22,560 bases of DNA from Candidatus Eiseniibacteriota bacterium. GTDB lineage: Bacteria; Eisenbacteria; RBG-16-71-46; CAIMUX01; VGJL01. Shown one piece after another: positions 8,089-18,700 of this stretch; the first letter of the stretch is position 1, and the number at the start of each line of letters is the position of its first letter. The translations under genes and the position numbers were made by a program. The stretch covers positions 1-22,560 of the forward strand of contig JBHGAY010000046.1 of assembly GCA_041946735.1 (NCBI GenBank), in the 5' to 3' direction. The notes beneath the pieces are model-generated. The model searched no databases. It was not told the origin of the DNA and saw nothing but the letters and a program-made list of their open reading frames with translations.

Positions 8089-8463
8089 ATGGACAACGAC
8101 GAACTCCGCAATCTGGATCAGGTCGGCTACGACGAGAGGACCGAGACGTGGTATCTCGACACGCGCGAGATCGGACGCCTCTCCCTGACTCGCCGGTCCC
8201 TCGACAGCCTCGTGCAGCTCTACAACTCCGTCCACACCGGCAACCCTCTGCTCCTCGGCGAGCGAAAGACGATCCGTCGGATCGAGGAGAACAATCGCCG
8301 CCTGTCCGAGACCGTCCGCGACCTCTACCTGCACATCGACCGTCAGCGCGAGTCGCGCGTCGACCGCGTCCTCGGCCGGCTTCTCCGGCGGCTGTGGCAG
8401 CGCGCCCGGTCGCGCGTCCGTCGCCGGCCGGTCCGCCGTCCGCCGCGGCGAGCGGCGCGCTGA
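8089..8463 (+). CDS. Hypothetical protein (124 aa) with a short coiled coil and an Arg-rich C-terminus
   Basis: GGAG about 6 nt before ATG 8089, GC3-rich codons and protein-like composition (MDNDELRNLDQVGYDERTETWYLD...). It fills the gap between two minus-strand genes. Confidence 0.72.
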   Translation: MDNDELRNLDQVGYDERTETWYLDTREIGRLSLTRRSLDSLVQLYNSVHTGNPLLLGERKTIRRIEENNRRLSETVRDLYLHIDRQRESRVDRVLGRLLRRLWQRARSRVRRRPVRRPPRRAAR

Positions 8464-8521
8464 CTCCGCCGCCACCCGTCCCACCGTCCTCACCAGCACC
8501 CTCACCCTACCCGCCGGCCGT

Positions 8522-8977
8522 TCAAGGACGTGATGACCGGCGCTGCGCCTCCTCGAGCCTCGCCTTCAGCTCCTCGATCTCGCGACCGACCTTTCCGACG
8601 CGTCCGTTCAGGCTGAAGAGGTAGACCGCCAGGCAGACCCAGATCAGCCCGTAGCCGAGCATCAGGTAATGGAAGCGGCTGCGCGAGATCCGGTGCTCCT
8701 CCGCGGGCGAGGGCCTGGCGGACTGCTGCACGGCATTGCCGCCCGGCGCGTCGCTCTCCGGCGCCATCTGCTGCGCGGGCGGAGCGCCGCCCGATTCCGC
8801 CTGGGCGAGCATCGGAACACTCGCCTCGCTCGCCGCCGCGATCTCCGCCCGGCAGATCGAGGGCTCTGCGGCGAGCGCCGCGAGACACGAGGCGAGCGGC
8901 AAGGATAGGGACAGGCAGAGGATCGCGAGCCGCAGCAGAAGCGGCCGTCCCGCACGATTCGACACGGTCGCGGTCAA
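8522..8977 (-). CDS. ccmD: CcmD-family heme exporter protein D with a long N-terminal extension (151 aa)
   Basis: GAGGAGG RBS, then TTG at 8977 overlapping the ccmC stop (TTGA). The C-terminus YLMLGYGLIWVCLAVYLFSL followed by charged GRVGKVGREIEELKARL fits CcmD, and the gene directly follows ccmC. Confidence 0.72.
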   Translation of the reverse strand: MTATVSNRAGRPLLLRLAILCLSLSLPLASCLAALAAEPSICRAEIAAASEASVPMLAQAESGGAPPAQQMAPESDAPGGNAVQQSARPSPAEEHRISRSRFHYLMLGYGLIWVCLAVYLFSLNGRVGKVGREIEELKARLEEAQRRSSRP

Positions 8978-9702
8978 CGGGTACCTCCTCGCGGGAGATC
9001 GCTTCCCGCAGGTTCCGATTCTCTCGCTTCGACCGATGCACGGAGCAGATCGCGAGCCTCCCGCAGCCGCTCGAGGCCGATCCGCTTCCAGAGCAGGGCG
9101 AGGAAGAGGACGAAGATCGCGAGCATCGCGACACGGAGGCTCTGCGCCATCGCCGGGTGCAGCGCCCCCCGCTCCGTGATGAAGGTCGTCGGATGCTGCG
9201 TCCTCCACCACTTGACGGAGAAATAGACGATCGGGACGTCGAGGGCACCCAGGATCCCGAGGACCGCGGAGAAGCGTCGCATCCGCACGTCCCCGCCCAT
9301 GTAGCTGCGCAGCATCAGGTAGGCGACGTAGATCAGCCAGAGGATCAACGTCGTCGAGAGCCGGGCGTCCCACGTCCACCACACGCCCCAGGCCGAGCGC
9401 GCCCAGACGGGACCGGTCAGCAGCGTGATCGTGCAGAAGAGGAGCCCGATCTCCGCCGCCGATTGCGCGAGACCGTCGAAGCGGCGGCTGCCGGTGGCGA
9501 GGAAGCCGACCGAGCCGACGAACACGATCCCGAATCCGAGGAACGCCATCATTGCGGAAGGGACGTGGAAGTAGAAGATCCGTTGCACGTCCCCCATCGT
9601 TCGCTCCATCGGGGCGTGAAAGTACGCCATGTACAAGGCGATCCCGACGAGCAGGAGCGCGAGCAGGTCGAGCGGCCGCGAGAAACGCGGTACGTAGCGC
9701 AT
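8974..9702 (-). CDS. ccmC: Cytochrome c biogenesis heme exporter CcmC
   Basis: RIFYFHVP, WWD motif WARSAWGVWWTWDARL and WWRTQHP (both flanking His present); follows ccmAB. Confidence 0.95.
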   Translation of the reverse strand: MRYVPRFSRPLDLLALLLVGIALYMAYFHAPMERTMGDVQRIFYFHVPSAMMAFLGFGIVFVGSVGFLATGSRRFDGLAQSAAEIGLLFCTITLLTGPVWARSAWGVWWTWDARLSTTLILWLIYVAYLMLRSYMGGDVRMRRFSAVLGILGALDVPIVYFSVKWWRTQHPTTFITERGALHPAMAQSLRVAMLAIFVLFLALLWKRIGLERLREARDLLRASVEARESEPAGSDLPRGGTR

Positions 9703-9711
9703 CGAGTCCTC

Positions 9712-10392
9712 TCATTCCTCCAGGATCTGATCGAAGAGGAGGATCCCCGCGGTGACGAAGATCAGGTCGAACCCGAGGATCAGACGCATCCATCCCCCGA
9801 CCTCGAGCAGCGACTGGCCGTTCAGCACCCCGCCCGTCGCCCGAACCGCCGCCAGGAGAATCGGGATCCAGATCGGGTAGAGCAGGATCGGCAGGAGCAT
9901 CTCGCGCATCCGGCTGCTCGTCGCCAGCGCGGAGAGGAGCGTGCCGACCGCCGTGAACCCGATCGTCGCCGTGAACGTTACCAACGCGAGTTCCGGCAGA
10001 CAACCCGCGACCGGGACGTGCAGCAGCACCGAGAAGACGGGAATCGTGATCGCTTCGACGACCGACAGGAGCACGAGGTTGCCGAGCATCTTGCCGAGGA
10101 AGATCGCGCTGCGATCGATCGGGGCGAGGGCGAGCGCCTGCAAGCCCCCCCGGTGCCGCTCCGACGAGAAGGAGTGGCCCAGCCCGAGCACGCCCGAGAA
10201 GCTGAAGGCGGTCCAGAGCATCCCCGGAGCGGTCGCGTCGAGATCGACCTTCCTCGTCTCGAAGCAGAAGCCGAAGATCACGACCACGAGAAGCGAGAAG
10301 AGGGCCATCGAGCCTGCCGCCTCCCGCGTGCGCCACTCGGTCAGGATGTCCTTGCGGACGATCGCGAGGACGACCGAGGTGTAGTCCCTCAT
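9712..10392 (-). CDS. ccmB: Heme exporter permease CcmB
   Basis: ATG 10392 overlaps the ccmA stop (ATGA). Motifs KDILTEWR, FSSERHRGGL..L.LAP...IFLGK and REMLLPILLYP; multiple TM segments. Confidence 0.93.
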   Translation of the reverse strand: MRDYTSVVLAIVRKDILTEWRTREAAGSMALFSLLVVVIFGFCFETRKVDLDATAPGMLWTAFSFSGVLGLGHSFSSERHRGGLQALALAPIDRSAIFLGKMLGNLVLLSVVEAITIPVFSVLLHVPVAGCLPELALVTFTATIGFTAVGTLLSALATSSRMREMLLPILLYPIWIPILLAAVRATGGVLNGQSLLEVGGWMRLILGFDLIFVTAGILLFDQILEE

Positions 10393-11135
10393 GCTCCGCC
10401 TCCGGCGATGCCGGCGCCGGCGTGCAGGCGGTACAGCTCCTCCAGGAGCCGCGAGTCGGCCTCGTCGAGCGGCTCCTCGTGCACGATCCGCCCGAGGCGC
10501 AGGATCAACAGGCGCGTGCCGACGCCCGGAACGTGCGCAAGGTCGTGCGTCGCCATCAGGAACGCCCCTCCCCCGAGACGGAAGGAGCGCAACGTCTCCT
10601 CCAGTTCCTTCGCGGCGACCGGATCGAGGCCGGTGAACGGCTCGTCGAGCAGCCACAAGGGAGGCCGATGCAGGCGGGCGCGCGCGAGGGTGAGCCGCTG
10701 CGCCATGCCGCGCGAGAAGCTGCCCACCGGACGGTCCGCGAAGCGGGCGAGCCCCGCGTCGGCCAGGGCGCGGTCGATCCGCTCTCGATCGTGGATGCCG
10801 TAGAGGCTGCCGAAGAACCGGAGGTTTTCGCGGGCGGTCAGCGGATCGTAGAGGTACGTCTCGTGCGAGACGAAGCCGATTCCTCGCCGGACGGCCGCCT
10901 CGCGGAACGATGCCTGCCGTCCTTCGATCCGGATCGCTCCGCCCCCCGGATGATGCAGGCCGGCAAGGACGCGAAGCAGGGTCGACTTCCCCGCGCCGTT
11001 GGGACCGAGCAAGACGAGCCCCTCTCCGCGCGCGAGCGAGAAGGAGACTGCGCGGAGCACCGGAGGCCCGCCGTAGTCCTTCGTGAGGCTTTCGACCTGC
11101 AGGAGAGGCGCTGCGGCCGCGTCCCCCGAACTCAA
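10389..11135 (-). CDS. ccmA: Heme ABC exporter ATP-binding protein CcmA
   Basis: Walker A GPNGAGKST, signature FSRGMAQR, Walker B WLLDEPFTGLD and H-loop ATHD. TTG start overlaps the upstream stop; adjacent to ccmB. Confidence 0.93.
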   Translation of the reverse strand: MSSGDAAAAPLLQVESLTKDYGGPPVLRAVSFSLARGEGLVLLGPNGAGKSTLLRVLAGLHHPGGGAIRIEGRQASFREAAVRRGIGFVSHETYLYDPLTARENLRFFGSLYGIHDRERIDRALADAGLARFADRPVGSFSRGMAQRLTLARARLHRPPLWLLDEPFTGLDPVAAKELEETLRSFRLGGGAFLMATHDLAHVPGVGTRLLILRLGRIVHEEPLDEADSRLLEELYRLHAGAGIAGGGA

Positions 11136-11995
11136 CGTCCCGCCCGTCCTCCCGATTCCGTCCCGGTTCCCTGTCGCGCCGCGCCCCCCTCGGAAGTCTC
11201 TCCTCCGTGGCGACCCGGCTCCGCTCCGCCTTGTCGGACCGACGCGCCGCCGCGCGCCACACCTGCTCGCTCGCCCTTCGGCTGGAGAAGAGCGCGGAGG
11301 CGCGTCTCGAGATCCTCGCGCTTCTTCCGGTACTCCTCGGCCGGGATCACCCCGTCCGCATGCGCGATGTCGAGGTTCGCGATCTCACGAACGAAATAGC
11401 GCACCTGAGGCGAGCGGAGCGCGGCCCCCTCGCCCGGTCCCGCGGCGGTCCTCCTCGTCAGATAGCCGATGCCGACGAAGAGGAGAACGAGCCACAGGAC
11501 GACGAGGATCGTGCTCATCGCCGGCTGGCGAACCGGCTTCGTCATCGGCGGAGGCTGGGCGCCGACCGGTGGGTGTCCTGACGGCAGGTCCCCCTCCGCC
11601 GCCGGCTCCTCCCTGGAGAGCATCAGATTGAAGACGATCTCCTCCTGGCCGGGCTGGAAGCGGATGGGAGAGGAGAGGAATTCCTGCCCGGCGTGGTCGA
11701 TCGCCACGACGTAGGAGACCGAGGTGTCGGCCGGCAGATCGAGGAAGTGGAAGTGCCCGTTCGCGTCGGTGACGCCGGAGCGATGCTGGAGCGAGTCGGT
11801 GGCGGAGCGATAGATCAGCGTGATCGGAGTCGACCTCGCGAGAGAGTCCTCGCTCTCCGCGGTATAGACGCTGCCGACGATGCGTGCCGCTTCGGCCGGG
11901 TGCGCGTCCATCCCGCCGAGGATCGCAAGCGCCGTCACGAGAGCGAGCGCGAGAGCGGCGGCCCGCCTCGTCACGATCGTCCTCGCGCCCCTCAC
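11132..11995 (-). CDS. Membrane protein in the ccm operon: signal peptide, carboxypeptidase-regulatory-like beta domain, one TM helix and a CcmI/SHOCT-like cytoplasmic motif
   Basis: GGAGGAGG RBS and GTG 11995 overlapping the upstream stop (GTGA). Signal ...PAEA-A, then TDANGHFHFLDLP...YVV, TM ILVVLWLVLLFVGIGYL and IANLDIAHADGVIPAEEY. Confidence 0.8.
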   Translation of the reverse strand: MRGARTIVTRRAAALALALVTALAILGGMDAHPAEAARIVGSVYTAESEDSLARSTPITLIYRSATDSLQHRSGVTDANGHFHFLDLPADTSVSYVVAIDHAGQEFLSSPIRFQPGQEEIVFNLMLSREEPAAEGDLPSGHPPVGAQPPPMTKPVRQPAMSTILVVLWLVLLFVGIGYLTRRTAAGPGEGAALRSPQVRYFVREIANLDIAHADGVIPAEEYRKKREDLETRLRALLQPKGERAGVARGGASVRQGGAEPGRHGGETSEGGAARQGTGTESGGRAGR

Positions 11996-12342
11996 GCCCC
12001 CCTCCTCCGGAGCTTTTCCCGCTCCTCGCGGATCGCCCGCTCGATCGGATCGTCCCCCTCGTCCCCTCCGCCGATCGCATCGAGGCGGCGCATCGCCTCG
12101 ATGGCGACGGCCTCCAGCGCGGCTCGCTGCTCCTGCCAATCCGCCTCCTCGACCTTCCCCGTCTGGCGGTCGAGGTCGAGATCGCGGATCAGCTGGATCG
12201 CCCGCTGCTTCGCGCCGAGCGCCTGCTGGCGCTCCTCCTCGCGCCGCCGGGCGCCTCGCTGCTCACGAAGCAGGGGCGCGGCGATGAACGCCAGCGCCCC
12301 GAGCACGAGCAGCACGAGAATCACGATCGACAGGACCAACAC
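11992..12342 (-). CDS. Small CcmI-N-terminal-like membrane protein (116 aa)
   Basis: GGAGGT RBS with GTG start. N-terminal TM ending in AAPLLR, then IRDLDLDRQTGKVEEADW..QRAAL, resembling the CcmI/CycH cytoplasmic segment. It lies directly after ccmF. Confidence 0.75.
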   Translation of the reverse strand: MLVLSIVILVLLVLGALAFIAAPLLREQRGARRREEERQQALGAKQRAIQLIRDLDLDRQTGKVEEADWQEQRAALEAVAIEAMRRLDAIGGGDEGDDPIERAIREEREKLRRRGA

Positions 12343-12369
12343 CCCACCTCCCCGGTTCGACCGGAAGCG

Positions 12370-14313
<1,944 letters not shown>

Positions 14314-14428
14314 GTATGGAAAACCCCTGTCCGCGCCGCCTGCGCGGGCCGGCCCGGTCCTCTGTCTCGGTGTGTCGTCGTCCTGCCGTCCAGAATCGCC
14401 AATCGCCGCGATCGTCCGCCGCGGAAGG

Positions 14429-14881
14429 CTAGCTCGTCTTGCCGGAACGTGGCATGTTGGCCGGCATCTCCTCGTCGGGACTCATCTCGTACTTCGACGG
14501 GCACTTCGCCATGAGGAAGTTCGCTTCGAAGGATCCGCCCGCATGGTAGGCCCCCTCGACCACGACCTCCCCCTTCTCGCCGAAGGTGTCCGGGACGATC
14601 CCCTTGTACTCGACCGGCAGGGCCTTCGTCCCGTCGGTCATCTCGAAGCGCAGGACGAGATCGTCGCGCTGGATCGTTCCCGGCACGACGGTCCCGGTGA
14701 CGCGGAGCCCTTCGGAGTTGCGGGGCTGCGCGAGGAGTTCGGAGACGGTCACGTAGTAGACCATCGACTTCTTCGCGCCGCGCGCGACGAACAAGCCGAT
14801 CGCGAGGGCGATCAGCACGAAGCCGATCAGGAAGCGGAAGGGGATCCCCTTCTTTCTCGGAGTCGTCGGGATCGAGGACAT
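14429..14881 (-). CDS. ccmE: Heme chaperone CcmE, CxxxY variant
   Basis: N-terminal TM, VYYVTVSEL, LRVTGTVVPGTI, VEYKGIVPDTF, VVVEG and LMAKCPSKY. ATG 14881 lies 7 bp after the PHP gene stop. Confidence 0.93.
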   Translation of the reverse strand: MSSIPTTPRKKGIPFRFLIGFVLIALAIGLFVARGAKKSMVYYVTVSELLAQPRNSEGLRVTGTVVPGTIQRDDLVLRFEMTDGTKALPVEYKGIVPDTFGEKGEVVVEGAYHAGGSFEANFLMAKCPSKYEMSPDEEMPANMPRSGKTS

Positions 14882-14888
14882 CTCGTGT

Positions 14889-15713
14889 TCAACCCTTTCG
14901 CGCGGCCAGGTCATCGAGGACGCGGATGTCGACCCGCGCCCCGCCGACCGGGATCTCGGAGATCCCGGATCCATGGAAGTCCGAACCGCCGGTCCTTGCC
15001 AGTCCGAACCGGTCGGCGAGCCTGCGGAGCGAAGCGGCCCGCTCGGCGTCCCGCCCTCCCGTCTCCGTTTCGAGTCCCTGGAGACCCTCTCTGACGAACA
15101 GGTCCCAGGCGCCATGGAGGCGGTAGCTCGCCGGATGCGCGAGAACCGCGACGCCCCCCGCCCGCCTCAGGACCCGCAGGGCCCGAGGCGGGTCCACCGG
15201 ATCCTTGGGAACATAGGCCGGGGCACGGCTTCCAAGATAGCGCGCAAATGCCTCCGGCACCGAACGTACCCAGCCTTCCTCGAGGAGCGCCTGGGCGACG
15301 TGCGGCCTGCCGATTCCCGCCGGCCGGAGCGACCGGCGGCTGACCTGCTCGAAAGGCAGATCTACGCCGAGCGAGTGGAGGCGGTTCAAGATCCGCTTCG
15401 CGCGCCGGATCCGCCCTTCCCCAGCCTCGCGGAGCAGCGAAAGGAGCCCGGGATCGGTCGGGTCGAAGTCGTACCCGAGCAGGTGGAAATCCTGCCCGCA
15501 GCAGGCGACCGACATCTCGACTCCGTTGAGGAACCGGAGGCCGAGGCGGCGCGCCTCGCGGGAGCCTTCCTCGAGGCCGTCGACCGTGTCGTGATCCGTG
15601 ATCGAAAGGCCCGCAAGTCCCGCGTTGGCAGCCATCTCTACGACCTCACGCGGGGAGTGGAAACCGTCCGAGCAGTGCGTGTGGATGTGAAGGTCGGCGA
15701 AAAGTTCCTTCAA
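14889..15713 (-). CDS. PHP-domain phosphoesterase (YciV/TrpH-like)
   Basis: DLHIHTHCSDG, ITDHD, GVE, HLLGY, GRPHVA, LAHP and GGSDFHG motifs. GGAGG upstream of a TTG start. Confidence 0.92.
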   Translation of the reverse strand: MKELFADLHIHTHCSDGFHSPREVVEMAANAGLAGLSITDHDTVDGLEEGSREARRLGLRFLNGVEMSVACCGQDFHLLGYDFDPTDPGLLSLLREAGEGRIRRAKRILNRLHSLGVDLPFEQVSRRSLRPAGIGRPHVAQALLEEGWVRSVPEAFARYLGSRAPAYVPKDPVDPPRALRVLRRAGGVAVLAHPASYRLHGAWDLFVREGLQGLETETGGRDAERAASLRRLADRFGLARTGGSDFHGSGISEIPVGGARVDIRVLDDLAARKG

Positions 15714-15748
15714 AAGAATTCAGGTCCTCCGGGCGGCTCGTCCTTATG

Positions 15749-18700
15749 TTACTGGACGGCCATCCGGTCGTCCAGCACGGATGCCTCCCGCCGGGAGAAG
15801 CCGTTCGTGCCGAAGATCTCCTGGCTCCGCGTGGCGCGAGGCTCGCCGATCGTCAGCCGGACGGAGGAAGCCCCGAGCTGCGCCTCCAGGGGCGCGAGGA
15901 GCAGATCCCGGATCTCCACCCCGCGCTCCCGAAGGCGGATCTGGACGCCTTCGAGGCCGAGCGGATCGACGTGGAGCCAGACGGGGGAGGAGCCCGGATA
16001 GCGGTCCAGCGTGGCCAGGATCGACTCGAGATCCTCGTCGGTCGTCCGGGCCGGCATGGCAAGGTGCAGCGTGAGCTTCCCCTCGCCGCGAAGCTGGTCG
16101 ATCGCCTGGATCTCCTCCACGCGGAGTTTCGGCTTCTCTTCCTCGCGGGTGGAGATCTTCCCCCGGACGAGCAGGCGCGGCTCGCCATCGAGGTGGGAGC
16201 CGTACGCCTGGAAGGCGTCGCTGAAGACGAGGCACTCGATCGTCCCGGTGTCGTCCTCGAGGACGAAGAAGGCGATCGGATTGCCTCGCTTGTCGACGCT
16301 CTTGCGGATCTGCGTCGGGATTCCGGCGGAGAGGATCGTTTCGTTGTCCCGCAGGACTTCGATCTTCTGGATCGGGACGACGCCCAAGCGCGAAAGGACC
16401 GAACGGATCTCCTCGAGCGGATGTCCCGAGACGTAGAAGCCCAGCGCGTCCTTCTCTCGGGCGAGCAGGTGGAGGCGGGGCCATTCGGGAACGTCAGCGA
16501 GCGCCGGCGGCGGAGGCGGCGCTTCGGAGGGGCCCCCGAAGAGCGAGGCCTGCCCCATCTCCCGCTCGCGGCGCAGGCGCGCGCCGTGCTCGACCGCCGA
16601 CGGGATCGACTCGAGCTGCTGCGCGCGATGGCCGCCGAGCGCGTCCAGCGCCCCTGCCTGTATCAGGTTCTCGATGCATTTGCGATTGACGCGCGCTGGG
16701 TCGACCCGTTCGCAGAAGTCGTAGAGGGAGGTGAACGACCCACAGCTTCGCGCCTCGAGAATCGCTTCGACCGCCTGGTGCCCGACCCCCTTGACCGCTT
16801 CGAGCCCGAAGCGAATCGCGCCGTTCTGGACGCTGAAGCAGCTCTCCGAGACGTTGACGTCGGGCGGCAGGACCTGGATCGAGAGCCGCCGCGCCTCCGC
16901 CTGCAGGATCATCACGCGATCCTTGTCCGACATCTCCGAGGTGAGCGAAGCGGCGAGGAACTCCGCCGGGTAATGCGCCTTCAGCCAGGCGGTATGGAAC
17001 GCGACCAGGGCGTAGCCGGCGCTGTGGCTCTTGTTGAACCCGTAGCCGGCGAAGTACGCCATCTTCTCGAAGACCTTGCGCGCCGTGTCGGCCGGGATCC
17101 CGCGGGCGACCGACCTCTCGACGAAGATCGCGCCCTGCTCGTCCATGATCTCCTGCTTCTTCTTTCCCATGGCGCGGCGCAGGAGATCCGATTCGCCGAG
17201 CGAGTAGCCGGCCATCGCGCTCGCGATCTGCATCACCTGCTCCTGATAGACGATGATGCCGTAGGTGTCCCTCAGGATCGGCTCGAGGCAGGGATGCTCG
17301 TAGCGGATCGCCTTCGACCCTTGCTTGCGCTGGATGAAGTCGTCGATCATCCCGCTCCCCAGCGGGCCGGGACGGTAGAGCGCGTTCATCGCAATCAGGT
17401 CTTCGAGCGACTCCGGCTTGAGCTTGCGCAGGTACTCCGTCATCCCGGAGGACTCGAACTGGAAGATGCCGATCGTCTCGCCGCGCGCGAAGAGGGCGTA
17501 GACCTCCGGGTCCTCGAGCGGCAGGAGGTCGAGGTCGACGCGGACGCCGTGGTGCTTCTCGATCATCTCCAGGCAGTCCTGCAGGACGGTCAGCGTGCGG
17601 AGCCCGAGGAAGTCCATCTTGAGCAGGCCGATCGTCTCGACCGACGACATGTCCCACTGCGTCGTCACTTCCCCTTCGGACGAGCGGTAGAGCGGGACGT
17701 TCTCCACGAGCGGCGTCGGGCTGATCACGACGCCGGCGGCGTGCGTCGAGGCGTGGCGGGCGAGCCCCTCGAGGACGCGGCCCGTCTCGACCAGCTCGCG
17801 CACCCGCGGATCCTCGTCGTAGCGTTTCTTCAGGTCGGGACTCTGCTCGAGGGCCTTCTCGAGCGTGATGTGGAGGGTCGAGGGGACCATCTTCGCGATC
17901 CGGTCCACCTCCCCGTACGGCAGATTCATCACACGCCCGACGTCCCGCACGACCGCGCGCGCCGCCATCGTCCCGAACGTGATGATCTGCGTGACGTTGT
18001 CCGCTCCGTACTTGTCGATGACGTAGCGGATCACCTGAGGCCGGCCGCGGTCGGAGAAGTCGACGTCGATGTCGGGCATCGAGATCCGCTCCGGGTTCAG
18101 GAAGCGCTCGAAGATCAGCTTGTAGCGGATCGGATCGATGTTCGTGATCCCGAGACAGTAGGCGACGAGCGAGCCGGCGGCCGAGCCGCGCCCGGGTCCG
18201 ACAGGAATCCCTTGCGAGCGCGCGTACGCGATGAAGTCCTGGACGATCAGGAAGTAGCCCGAGTAGCCCATCCGGTGGATGACGTCGAGCTCCATCGCCA
18301 GGCGACGCTGCAGATCCTCGCCCGCGCCCGGATAGCGCCTCTCGAGCCCCTCGCGGCACAGCGCATCGAGGTAGTCGTCGAGCGACGCGTACGGCTCGGG
18401 GCAGGGGAAGTGCGGAAGCCGGAGCTTTCCGAACTCGAGCGGGACGTCGCACGACTCGGCGATCCGGACGGTGTTCTCCAGCGCGTCGGGCACCTCGCCG
18501 AAGAGCTTCTCCATCTCCTCGCGGGACTTCAGGAACATCTCGTCGGTGTCGAAGCGCAGCCTGCCCGCGTCGGACTGGAGCTTGCCGGTCTGGATGCAGA
18601 GCAGCGCGTCGTGCGCCTTCGCGTGCGCGCGATCGAGGTAATGCGAGTCGTTCGTCGCGACGAGCGGGAAGTCCCCCTCGCGCGCCAGATCGACCAGCCG

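Noticed and set aside
8978..10336. Upstream 450 codons of the 604-aa ORF, suggesting a giant CcmD or a fusion
   Set aside because: They overlap ccmB and ccmC out of frame; only the part from TTG 8977, which has its own RBS, looks coding. The track starts for ccmB, ccmE, nth and the 11132 gene are similarly over-extended.
14314..14428. 115-bp ccmE-ccmF gap and its 64-aa ORF as a riboswitch or leader peptide
   Set aside because: Only short GC stems are present, with no recognisable RNA family or terminator; the ORF overlaps ccmE out of frame.
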